A DNA stretch of 34,048 nt from the NCBI RefSeq assembly GCF_001194135.2, contig NC_068986.1, positions 10,492,606-10,526,653 on the forward strand, given 5' to 3'. The notes beneath the pieces are model-generated. The model saw only the letters and a program-made list of their open reading frames with translations. It made no database searches and was not told the origin of the DNA. The position numbers and the translations under genes were made by a program. Positions within the stretch are counted from its first letter, which is position 1. Each line of letters starts with the position of its first letter. Shown in pieces: positions 20,770 to 31,964 of this stretch. The DNA is from Octopus bimaculoides. Lineage: Eukaryota.

Positions 20770-21000
20770 GTTTGTGCGCATATGTGTGGGTCAGTGTGTG
20801 TATGTGTGCCTATTCAAGTATGTATGTATGTATGCATGTATGTGTATGTATATATGTGTGTGTATGCATATGTATGTATGTGTGTGCATCTGTATGTATA
20901 TATTCTGCATATTCATGTGCTTGCAGAATATGCAGAATACATACATACAGATGCACATACATACATATATACATATGCATACACACACATATGTACATAC
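20770..21000. repeat. Compound TG/TA/CATA microsatellite; similar blocks at 9350-9600, 21555-21840 and 32460-32930
   Basis: Directly visible; source of the C/V/Y/M and H/T/Y/I ORFs in the track. Confidence 0.95.
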
Positions 21001-21137
21001 ATTTTAGAACATTTATAAAACATTTATAAATGTTCTAAAATCTTCACAGTCTTGGTTTTTTATCTCATTCTGAAAAAAAAATTTTTTTGTATATACCTTT
21101 GGGTCCTACTGACACCATTACCTCTCATAACCTATAT

Positions 21138-21388
21138 ATAGTCCTCCAGGCAATAACAGAGGAATTCAAGACAGGCTGCCCCTGGGAGCTCCTCAATGCT
21201 GATGACCTTGCTCTAATTGCTGAGTCACTATCAGAACTCGAGGAAAAGTTTCAGGTGTGGAAACAAGGATTAGAATCAAAGGGCCTTAGAGTCAACCTAG
21301 CTGAAACCATAGTCTTAATAAGTAGGAAGGCAGACAAACCACAAATCCTTTCAGGTAGACGGCCCTGCGCAATCTGTAGAAAAGGGGT
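21138..21388 (+). mobile_element. RTE-clade LINE internal RT fragment
   Basis: IVLQAITEEFKTGCPWELL(N)ADDLALIAES...KGLRVNLAET...PCAICRKG; YADD mutated to NADD at 21195. Confidence 0.85.
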
Positions 21389-21550
21389 CGATAAAAGTAC
21401 CAGTCAAACATTGGGGACGATATAATCGACTTACTCCCACCCCACCACTCCGAAATTGCTGGTCTTGTGCCTATCGTCCTTCATGTAACCCATTGTATTT
21501 CATGTCCATGAGCGAGTTTGAACAGAGAAACACACATTCAAATGTAGACT

Positions 21551-21589
<39 letters not shown>

Positions 21590-22165
21590 ACACGCACATA
21601 TATACATACACACGCATAAATAAATAAACATACTTATTTTTTCACAAATCACTTGTTTACATATTTTATGTGTATGCACATGTTTATGTGCATGAATATA
21701 TGTATGTATGTATATATGTGTGTATGTATGTATGTTTATATGTGTGTATGAACATATGTATGTATATTTGTGTATGTATTAATGAACGTATATATGTATG
21801 TATATTTGTGTATGTAAGCATATGTATGTGTTTATGTCCGCTTTTGTATATTTGTATATGCCATTGTTCAGTTTATTTCAAGGTTTCTTGCCAATAGAGA
21901 AAGAACTGGTTTCTAACCTAGATCCAAGTCTCATTCATTGGAATTTCAACATCAACAACAGGGTATTTTTGTTTGTATGTCTGTCTGTCTCTATGTATGT
22001 ATGTATGTATGTTTTGCTGTATGTATGGATATATGGGCCAGCGTGTAAACAGGAAAAGAAAAATTAAAGAAATAAGCTTTTTTACAGAAATTGTCGAACA
22101 GAATACATAAAACAACGATTTCCATCTTATTCTCTTGATACCATCTCCGAAGGAATACCTAATAT

Positions 22166-22831
22166 TATAGTTATTTCTCACAGGGGCTAAACATAGAGGG
22201 GACAAACAAGGACAAAGGGATTACATCGGCTCCAGTGCGTATCTGGTACTTATTTAATCGACTTCAAAAGGATGAAAGGCAAAGTCGATCTCGGCGGAAT
22301 TTGAACTCAGAACGTAACAGCAGACAAAATACCGCTAAGCATTTCGCCCGGCGTGCTAACGTTTCTGCCAGCTCACTGCACTTAAAATAGAAGATAGTTA
22401 TTTCTTTATTGCCCTCAAGGGGCTAAACATAGAGGGGACAAACAAGGACAAAGGGATTACGTGGATTGCATCAACCTCATTGCGTAACTGGTACTTATCT
22501 AATTGACCCCAAAAGGATGAAAGGAAAAGTCGATCTCGGCGGAATTTGAACTCAGAACGTAACAGCAGACAAAATACCGCTAAGCATTTCGCCCGGCGTG
22601 CTAACGTTTCTGCCAGCTCGCTGCACTTAAAATAGAAGATAGTTATTTCTTTATTGCCCTCAAGGGGCTAAACATAGAGGGGACAAACAAGGACAAAGGG
22701 ATTACGTGGATTACATCAACCTCATTGCGTAACTGGTACTTATTTAATTGACCCCAAAAGGATGAAAGGCAAAGTCGATCTCGGCGGAATTTGAACTCAG
22801 AACGTAACATTTCTGCCAACTCACTGACCTT
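22166..22831 (-). mobile_element. Head-to-tail trimer of SINE family A flanked by 8-bp direct repeat CCTAATAT
   Basis: Units start about 22167, 22394 and 22639; CCTAATAT at 22158-22165 and 22832-22839. Confidence 0.9.
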
Positions 22832-23557
22832 CCTAATATCATATTATATTATAATAGAGTGCCAGGTGTCGTATGACAGATAACTTTGTAAGTATGGTTT
22901 GACCACCATGGCTAATATCAGGAAATATGGCATCCATGCAATCGCTCTCACTTAACTTTTATCAAATTTCTTGGAGCTTAAACAAATAATTTGAATAGAA
23001 GTTTTCAGATGAAAAAATTTATTACCTAAATACAAAATCACAAAGTAAAAAAATAATTGAAAATATAAAATTATCTCCATGTGAATTTTATACTATGGAA
23101 GTTCACACACGCACACAGATACTTACTCTCTCTCTCTCTCTCTCTCNNNNNNNNNNNNNNNNNNNNNNNNNNNNNNNNNNNNNNNNNNNNNNNNNNNNNN
23201 NNNNNNNNNNNNNNNNNNNNNNNNNNNNNNNNNNNNNNNNNNNNNNNNNNNNNNNNNNNNNNNNNNNNNNNNNNNNNNNNNNNNNNNNNNNNNNNNNNNN
23301 NNNNNNNNNNNNNNNNNNNNNNNNNNNNNNNNNNNNNNNNNNNNNNNNNNNNNNNNNNNNNNNNNNNNNNNNNNNNNNNNNNNNNNNNNNNNNNNNNNNN
23401 NNNNNNNNNNNNNNNNNNNNNNNNNNNNNNNNNNNNNNNNNNNNNNNNNNNNNNNNNNNNNNNNNNNNNNNNNNNNNNNNNNNNNNNNNNNNNNNNNNNN
23501 NNNNNNNNNNNNNNNNNNNNNNNNNNNNNNNNNNNNNNNNNNNNNNNNNNNNNNNNN

Positions 23558-23604
<47 letters not shown>

Positions 23605-23924
23605 CATTCTCTCCTCTTCCTCTGTCGACGATTCTTTCTCTCTCACAACTTTTGTGTGTGTGTGTGTGTGTGTGATCGACCATTACCACAACTACAATAT
23701 GTGTACAGATAAATAAGCCTTCCTCCTTGTGTATGTTTTTACAACAGATTTGAACTATTTATAAGCACATCTAATAAAATATATATAACATTATGTAAGC
23801 AATTTTCTTGTGTGAAGAGATCAATAATTGTCGGAATATTTTAATCTCATTAACGATGACTTGTGTCAGACATTTAGACAATGTTCAGTTGAGTGTATAA
23901 CACATTAAATATATAAATAAATAA

Positions 23925-24225
23925 AAAACCTGGCACGCCGTCAGTTTCGACAAGGAGGTTTCCAGTTGACCCGATCAACTGAAATTAACGTGCAAATGGC
24001 TGAGTGTTCCACAGACACGCAAACCCTTTATATTGTTCTCAAAGAAATCCAGAGTGACATAGAACGTGAAGGGAATGGCCCTTTGAATTACGAGCACTAT
24101 TCATTTTTGCCAGTGGAGAGGACTGGAGCAACGTGAAATAAAGAGCCTTGCTCAAGGATACAATGCATCACCAGGAATCAAACATACCACTGTACAATCA
24201 CGAGCTGAGTACACTAACCCCTAAA
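23925..24225 (-). mobile_element. SINE family C
   Basis: Minus strand tRNA-like head then TCCTTGAGCAAG...GTTGCTCCAGTCC central block; collinear with 28225-28525. Confidence 0.8.
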
Positions 24226-24471
24226 TCACTTTCATGTTAGGAAGGAGCTGGTTTCTAACAAAGTTACAAAGTTCCATTGTATGAATGTGGATAAGAAAGA
24301 CTAATTCATGTTTTGCACTTGAGAAAAGTCTTGCTTATTTTTACTGTTCCACTTACAGATTGTATTTGTAATGTTCGAGTTAGTCGGTTTATGTTTTTCT
24401 CAGAAAACCCTAGCCTTTCCAAATTGTCTGTTAGACATTTACTCACAAAGCCAAGTGCACTGATTATTATT

Positions 24472-24935
24472 GATCATCATCATCATCGTTTAACATCCAC
24501 TTTCCATGCTAGCATGGGTTGGACGATTTGACTGAGGACTGGTGAACCGGATGGCTACACCAGACTCCAATCTGATCTAGCAGAGTTTCTACAGCTGGAT
24601 GCCCTTCCTAATGCTAACCACTCTGAGAGTGTAGTGGGTGCTTTTATGTGCCACCGGCACGAGGGCCAGTTAGGCGGTACTGGCAACGGCCACGCTCAAA
24701 ATGGTGTTTTTTTACGTGCCACCTGCACAGGAGCCATTCCAGCAGCACTAGCAACGACCTTGCTCGAATGTTTTCTAACATGCCACTGGCACAAGTGCCA
24801 GTAAGGCGACGCTGGTAACAATCACGCACAAATGCTGCTATTTATGTGCCACTGGCACAGAAGCCAGACAGCTGCTCTGGCAATGATCATGCTCGGACAG
24901 TGCTGTTAGTGCTCCACTGGCACAGGTGCCAGTCA
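24472..24935 (-). mobile_element. (GAT)n-tailed retroposon (RTE-type 3' end) with internal ~65-bp tandem units; second copy at about 29802-30125
   Basis: Plus strand (CAT)n...TTAACATC...CCATGCT(A/G)GCATGGGTTGGACG...GGATGCC(C/T)TTCCTAA shared by both copies. Confidence 0.75.
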
Positions 24936-26146
24936 TCGAATATGGTTCAATTACGATTGAATTTATTATCTAGGTTCTGAAGCTGAATGTTTTGAAGCAG
25001 TTGTCTGTTGTTATCCTTTCTCTTTCTTATTTTCGAAGAGATATTTAAATCAGCACAGCGGCTGACCTCTATGGCGGGACATGCATCTTTTTATCCTTTC
25101 CAAACAATGACATCTAGCCTGTTGTGTGTGTGTGTATGTATGTCATTATTCAGTTTATTTCAAGATTTCTTGCTAATAAAGAACCGGTTTCTAACCCAGA
25201 TCCAAGGTTCCTGCACTGGAATTTCAACATCAACAACAGGGCGTTTTTGTTTGTTTGAATGTATGTATGTATGTATGTATGTGCAGATTTGTATGTTTTA
25301 TGTATGTATTCTCATGCCTATAGTTGATTATCTAGGCATGCTCATATATATTTAAATGATAAACTTCAGGAAAATGTATGTATATAGTTTATTGATTAGA
25401 GACAGGTATTCCTTGTATAGAATACACATTGTAGTGCTCAAGGGATTTGAACTTCAGCAGGTAAAGGAATAAATGTAAGGACAAGCAAGTTAGCCAAGTC
25501 GATATACATTAAATATTAAATACATTTAATACAAAAAAAAAACATATGTATACATATAAAAAAAGTTTGACTCTATTCCTTGGTGGGATCAGGATAGTTT
25601 TGTAGACATGCCCAAGGATTGCTTATCCATGAGTGTTATCGATAGGTAGCACTCAGCCGAGCATAGTTTATAGATTCGAGAGAGGTATTCTCTGTATAGA
25701 ATGCACTTCATAATGCTCAAGAGATTTGAACTTGAGCAGGGAGAGAAAGAAATTACGTATGGACGGACTGTCAGCGACAATACTGACAACTCTACTAAGC
25801 CTGGTTGGTAAGGAGGGTGGTTTCCATTAGACTTTCTGCAGGACGAAAAGCAAAACTTGTTAAAGGACAGATGAACTCTGTAGAGTCAACAGCCATCCAA
25901 CAGCTGGGAGTGACAGACCCCTAGTCTTTGTTTAGATATCTCCCTAAGTAAAAGAAAACTCTGATGTAACACCTGCGACTTTGTTTGCATCCTACAACGT
26001 AGATTAGGTCTTCTTTGTGGACAAATGCAGACATCGTTTAGATAGTGGGATTGGCCTGGCTCAAGGTCTTTTATCGCCTTAGAAAGCTTCAGACACAGTC
26101 ATATCACTTGAATGTTAACATCTCTTTTATCTCATGCATCTCATAG

Positions 26147-26222
26147 CTGGCGGTGCCGAAAAAAAGCAAGGCACTCAGTGAAAACTTCCATGATGGAATG
26201 AAGGTATATGTCAACGTAGGTG
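26147..26222 (+). CDS. Candidate internal exon: LAVPKKSKALSENFHDGMKVYVNVG(G)
   Basis: Acceptor TCTCTTTTATCTCATGCATCTCATAG, donor GTG|GTAAGC, only phase 0 open; product not recognised. Confidence 0.3.
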
Positions 26223-26547
26223 GTAAGCTCTATGAACACCTACTACAAGAGGCGCCCATCATTGCCACATCTTTAAATGTATAAAAGGGTGTAAGGGCTG
26301 GAAAGGCACATCTGTGATATTCGTATTCAAGAGAACAATCAAGCAATGACATTGATCGAAATGTAATCACCAACATTATGTTTGTGTGTATCTTGATTTT
26401 TTTTTTTTTTTTTTTGTCAGAAAATAAGAAAATATGAGCGTGTGACACACAATTTTGCCAAAGGCATTTTGGACATAAAAGATGTGAATGAACTTGGAAT
26501 CGGGAATTGAAACTAATTCTTGGACTCTTAACCCTCACATTACTCAC

Positions 26548-26582
26548 CATAACGAGAATCATTTGAAACAGACACAAGATAT
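26548..26582 (-). CDS. Candidate 35-nt exon: (R)YLVSVSNDSRY(x)
   Basis: Minus strand CTAACTTTTCCTTTTAG acceptor with branch-like CTAAC and ATG|GTGAGT donor. Confidence 0.35.
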
Positions 26583-26656
26583 CTAAAAGGAAAAGTTAGT
26601 GTTTGGATTAACTGTTCTGTAATTAGGGATAGTAAGTTCTTGATAATGATTGATCG

Positions 26657-26895
26657 TGGAGGCACACGGCTTAGTGATTAAGACGTTTGACTCATGATCC
26701 TAAAATTGTGGTTTCCGTTCCTGGATAGAGTGATGCGTTGAGTTCTTGAGCAAAACATTTTGTCTCATGTTGCACCAGTCCACTCAGCTGGCAAAAAATG
26801 AGGAATCCTGCAACAGACCGGCATCCAGGGGAGCGGGTGGAGCAGATATATACCCCACAGAAACTAGGAAACTGGCCCTATGAGTCTCTATGACT
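26657..26895 (+). mobile_element. SINE with family-C head and central block but a different tail
   Basis: GGCTTAGTG...TTCTTGAGCAAAACA...CCAGTCCACTCAGCTGGCAAAA, then sequence unlike the tail at 28225-28525. Confidence 0.65.
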
Positions 26896-27749
26896 CGGAA
26901 AGGATCTCTATCTGTCATCCCTCTACACTGATCTATCAATCATTCTCTGTCTCTGACCATATCAACCATTGACTTATTGATCGCTTCTGTAAAATAAGGG
27001 CTTTTCGCAATGGCATTGGAAGCAAACCTGTTGGAGATGGATATGATCAATTTGATTGATCATGAATATATAACCAATATTTTCTTTTGTCAGCATCGAA
27101 CTTCAAGGGATAACAAAATCGATCTCAAACGGTTTGAACTCAGAATGAAAGTACGAAACTACTGATCCACCGACTTTTAAAATCTTTGAATTACTTATTT
27201 CTTACTGGATCACGAGATGAAACATAAATGAAGAATCTAGTTTGATCTCAGAATATTAACGATAATTAATCTGTTGACTCCAGAGGATTTGAAATTAGAA
27301 ACTAAAAAGAGAAAATTAAACACCATAGAGCTGGAATTCTATCATTTCCGCTATTTTGCTACTTTTACATCTGTAAAATAATGGTTTCTAAGATTGGTAC
27401 GAATCCATGTTCAGGATTCAAAACCTAGATAATTATTTTATATAACCAAGAAGGATGAAACACAAAGTCTAGCATGATGATATTTCAACTTTGAATGTAA
27501 ATGCTGTAAGGCTAATTACACCTAACCTTTCTTTTTTAACTCTTCAATGAAAGTAAAGGTTTTGTTCTTAATGTCAGCAACGGCTTCAACCGTCAGACAA
27601 ACGAGTAATGTAACATTATCTATGTTAATCTTATAAATAACATTCTAATAAGAGCACATTGATTTCTTACACAAGGCTACACAATCGTGGAGGTGGTGGT
27701 GGTAGATTTAATTGATTTCACAATTTTACTGGAGTGGCTGTGTGGCATA

Positions 27750-27911
27750 GGCGTAGGAGCGGCTGTGTGGTAAGTAGCTTGCTTACCAACCACATGTTTC
27801 CGGGTTCAGTCCCATTGCGTGGCACCTTGAGCAAGTGTCTCCTACTATAGCCTCGGGCCAACCAAAGCCTTATGAGTGGATTTGGTAGACAGAAACTGAA
27901 AGAAGCCCGTC

Positions 27912-27965
<54 letters not shown>

Positions 27966-28192
27966 GTATGTGTGTGTGTGTGTGTGTGTTTGTGTGTCTA
28001 TGTTTGTCCCCCTACTATCGCTTGACAACCGATGCTGGTGTGTTTACGTCCCCGTAACTTAACGGTTCGGCAAAAAGAGACCAATAGAATAAGTACTAGG
28101 CTTACAAAGAATAAGTCCTGGGGTCGATTAGCTCGACTAAAGGCGGTGCTCCAGCATAGCCACAGTCAAATGACTGAAACAAGTAAAAGAGA
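27750..28192 (+). mobile_element. SINE family B, full length (reference copy)
   Basis: GGCGTAGGAGCGGCTGTGTGG A-box-like, GGTTCAGTCCC B-box-like, CACCTTGAGCAAGTG central block, internal (TA)n(TG)n, tail GACTGAAACAAGTAAAAGA. Confidence 0.92.
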
Positions 28193-28224
28193 TATTCATT
28201 TTGTGTATGTTTGTTTGTATGTAT

Positions 28225-28525
28225 GCATGTGGCTTAGTGGTTATGGTATTTGGCTCATGATTATAAGGTTGTAAGTTCAATTCCCTATAGTGCATTGTGT
28301 CCTTGAATTTGCTCCAGTTAAATCAGCTGGCAAACACAAGTTTTAGCTGCAATTCAAAAGGGTCGGCCTTGTCACATTCTGTGTCACGCTGAATCTCTTT
28401 GAGAATTATGCTAAGGGTACACATGCCTGTGGAGCACTCAGCCAGTTGCACGTTAATTTCACATGCAAGCTGTTCTGCTAAACAGATAAAGTGGAACATT
28501 CGTCGCCGTAGCTGATGGAGTACTA
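28225..28525 (+). mobile_element. SINE family C, near full length
   Basis: GTGGCTTAGTGGTT head, GTTCAATTCC B-box-like, tail collinear with 2222-2455 and 23925-24225. Confidence 0.8.
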
Positions 28526-28570
28526 GTTATGTATGTATGTATACAAATACATAGACATGCATATATATAG

Positions 28571-28604
<34 letters not shown>

Positions 28605-28653
28605 AGGGTGATAAACTGAATATTAATTTCAATTTAAAACTAGTGGTCTAGCA

Positions 28654-28904
28654 CAGGGGTTTTCAAACTGTGGTCCGCAGACCACAGGGGGTCCGCAATT
28701 TGATTTTATATATATTTTTTAATCGAAATCTTTTAATTGACAATAAACCTATTTGTTAAATACTGCTAAATAAATAAATGTAAAAATATATGTTATTTTA
28801 AGCAAATATTTATGTATAAATTTCATAAGCATTTAGAAGGGGGTACCTAAGATAAAGCCTGAAATATAAAGGGGTCCGCAAGTCAAAAAGTTTGAAAATC
28901 CCTG
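28654..28904 (+). mobile_element. hAT (Charlie-like) MITE, 251 bp
   Basis: 16-bp TIRs CAGGG(G/A)TTTTCAAACT, subterminal GGTCCGCA motifs, perfect 8-bp TSD GTCTAGCA (28646-28653 and 28905-28912). Confidence 0.95.
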
Positions 28905-28949
28905 GTCTAGCATATTAAAAAATCTGATAATTCAGAAAAATTTTATTAC

Positions 28950-29213
28950 ATGCGTATAAGAAGAGATGACCACTAGGTGGTCATCCAATATGCTAGAAAG
29001 AGGTAATCAACGACCCAACCACAAAAGAAAAATCATGTTCTCCAGAAATAAATTCAGCAAAAATACACAGAGCTTAGGTAGGCAGGAGAAAAATGAAAAA
29101 TATATAAAAATAAACAATTTCTGGAGAACATTATTTTTCTTTTGTGGTTGGGTCGTTGATGACCTCTTTCTAGCATATTGGATGACCACCTAGTGGTCAT
29201 CCCTTCTTACACG

Positions 29214-29216
<3 letters not shown>
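28950..29216. mobile_element. Fold-back/MITE-like element with ~100-bp inverted arms
   Basis: 28950-29049 vs 29117-29216 are near-perfect reverse complements; no TSD identified. Confidence 0.75.
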
Positions 29217-29256
<40 letters not shown>

Positions 29257-29272
29257 GCACACACACATACAC

Positions 29273-29305
<33 letters not shown>

Positions 29306-29383
29306 TATATAGAGAGAAAGAAAGAGGGAGAGAGAGGGGGGAAGAGAGAGTTGTCAGATTAATTAATTTGGGTTTTCCATTTT

Positions 29384-29429
<46 letters not shown>

Positions 29430-29574
29430 TTTTTAAATCCTTTCCAATATTATTTGAATTCACACAAAAAGTATTTTTATCATAGTGTTTTATGGGGGCA
29501 GGGGTACCTCTGTTCTTCATCAACAACTTTTGTTTATTATTTTTGAAAGTTGAATGAATTTTACCTTTTTTCAG

Positions 29575-29643
29575 ACATATGACGAAAGAGTGCCAAGTAA
29601 AACAGCAAAGTTATCTCAACAGGAGTCGAATTCTAAAACATAA
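29575..29643 (+). CDS. Weak candidate terminal exon: TYDERVPSKTAKLSQQESNSKT*
   Basis: Strong acceptor TTTTACCTTTTTTCAG; two of three frames are open, so the frame is ambiguous. Confidence 0.25.
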   Translation, partial: TYDERVPSKTAKLSQQESNSKT

Positions 29644-30564
29644 TATGTCGTAATCAAAAAGGAGCACCAAACATTCTGTCGTTAACAGTTAATATACCGG
29701 CCATATTTTGTATTAAAAATATAAACATAATTATCGATTGATTTCTTACATTGAGAAAATGTCATAAGTTCAGAGGATCTATTCTGAAGTGATTGGATTG
29801 ATTCATCATCATCATCATCATCACTTAACATCTGTTGTCCATGCTGGCATGGGTTGGACGGTTTGACCAGGGCTGGCAAGGCTGGAAGGCTGCGCCACAC
29901 TCCAGTCTGATTTGTCATGGTTTCTATGGCTGGATGCCTTTCCTAACACCAACCACTCCGAGAGTGTAATGGGTGCCTTTACGTGCCACTGGTACAAGTG
30001 CCATTTGCATGACATCGGTATCTGCCATGACTACAATTTCACTTGGCTTCATGGGTCTTCTCAAGCATGACGTAATGCCAAATGGACTCAGTCATTGCCT
30101 CCATGAGGCCCAACATTCGAAAGGAGCTCAGCCACTTTGCCTCTGTGTCTGGTTCTTATTTTATTAAACCTAAGGTGATGAACATTGAAATCTAGTTTTG
30201 TTAGTAAGGTTACTACCAACAGCCAATTCAATCTCACTCTAAGTAAGTGGTGTAAGAATATGGTGTCTTTCACAGCTATTGTAAATAACAAGCAGTAATG
30301 TGGAATGAACATGAGATTCACTGACTTGCAGTTGAGAATTCGATTCTGCATTTGAGGAAAATATTATTTACGATAGAATACTGTCTTATCCAGGGGTACT
30401 TTTATGTTTCATTAAAGGGGATGGGCAGTGAAATGGCAGAAATGGCGGAAAGTTCTATTAAATGCCTTGTAGTATTTATAGTTCTGAGGTGAAAACGTAG
30501 TGATGTTCACTTTTGTATTTCATTCCCTCGAGGTCAATGAAATAAATACCAGTAATTCCCACTG

Positions 30565-30945
30565 CATGGTAACTTGGGCAAGTGTCTTCTACTACAGCCT
30601 TGGGACGACCAAAGCCTTGTGAGTGGATTTGGTAGATGGAAACTGAAAGAAGCCTGTCATAATCAGACAGACAGACAGACAGATAAATAGATAGATAGAT
30701 AGATGAGTGTGTGTGTCTGTGTCTGTGTTTGTCCCTTCTCTACCACTACTGTTTGATAACCGGTGTTGGTTTGTTTACGTCCCTAAAAGTTAGTGGAATG
30801 TAAACAAGAGACCGATAATAAGTACCAGGCTTACAAAAAATAAGTACTGGCGGTGGGGTGGGTGGGGGATCTTTCAACTAAAATTCTTCAAGGCGGTGCC
30901 CCAGCATGGCCACAATCTAAAGGCTGAACCAAATGAAAAGTAAAA
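30565..30945 (+). mobile_element. SINE family B lacking most of its head
   Basis: CACTGCATGGTAACTTGGGCAAGTGTC through CAGCATGGCCACA; follows a degenerate SINE-A piece at about 30425-30555. Confidence 0.85.
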
Positions 30946-31535
30946 GATAGCAATAGCAACCACAAATATAAGAACAACAACATCGATGATGAGAAAAGGT
31001 AATGAAGAGAAGCGAACGAGGAAGATTTTATTTCATGAGAAGGAAGACACTGAAGAGGGCTATGGGCCAGTGACCACCACTCATAATTCTTTAATAAAAT
31101 TCTTTAGTCAAATTTTTTAGTCTTGTAAATTGGGACAAAATTCTATTCTGGCAACGTTTTATTCACGCCATCATTGCAGTCAGTGGACAAGAGAGAGAGA
31201 CAGACAGACAGAGAAGGGGTGGGGTAGAGCGGTATTAAAAGATAATCAGCCTGTAATCAATACCTCTGAACATAAATGGGGAAGTCAGAACATCAACCAA
31301 TGAGATTGCTTACTCTAAAGTATACACCCTTACGTAAGTGCCTGCGTGTGTGTGTGTAGGAATTTATATGAATAAAACTAAAATACCCGATACAAGCTTA
31401 GAGTAAAACATACATACATACATATTAATCAAGATGTCCTTGGCCGGAAGAGTAGCCTGCAGTTTACACCTCGCCTGGATATTTACCACTTCTGAGGTTC
31501 CACTCGCTATGATACATACATAGCCTGGATCTTAC

Positions 31536-31591
31536 CTATTCCATTCCATAACTCTTGTATTCTTTTTTGCACAGCCAGCAACCCTGGTCAC
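31536..31591 (-). CDS. Candidate 56-nt exon: VTRVAGCAKKNTRVMEWN(R), or in another phase DQGCWLCKKEYKSYGME*
   Basis: Minus strand TTCTTTTTATATTTTACGGTAG acceptor and TAG|GTAAGA donor; phase compatible with 26548-26582. Confidence 0.35.
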
Positions 31592-31905
31592 CTACCGTAA
31601 AATATAAAAAGAACTTTTTTTCCGTTTATTGTTCTTCGACACAAAAAAATCCACAACCTTCCGTCTCAATAAACCAATATTGTTCCTGAAAGTTGTTTTT
31701 TTTATATTTACTACGGATCTCTTGAAGCTAACTTTCTTCCTACACCTTGATCCCTGGATCTTACATTATATATATATACACATACCAACATATGACACCG
31801 TCAGTTTTCTCTCTATAGAACATCCCTGGTCTTATTTTATCTGACTATTTTCTGCATTGTTACTTTGTTCCAATGATAACCATGCCTTAAATTTTATTTC
31901 ACCAA

Positions 31906-31964
<59 letters not shown>

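Noticed and set aside
24645-24935. CRISPR-like look of palindromic repeats with variable spacers
   Set aside because: Eukaryotic context, no cas genes, spacers are homologous to each other, and the array lies inside a retroposon
25780-26100. Possible LINE RT remnant on minus (SKAIKDLEPG)
   Set aside because: Single short resemblance with no second motif at the expected spacing
27750-27830. tRNA-like sequence as a tRNA gene (also other SINE heads)
   Set aside because: Continues into SINE bodies with many diverged copies; no complete cloverleaf seen
31048-31072. CTGAAGAGGGC...GCC hammerhead-like start
   Set aside because: No GAAA or UH downstream; only a short hairpin
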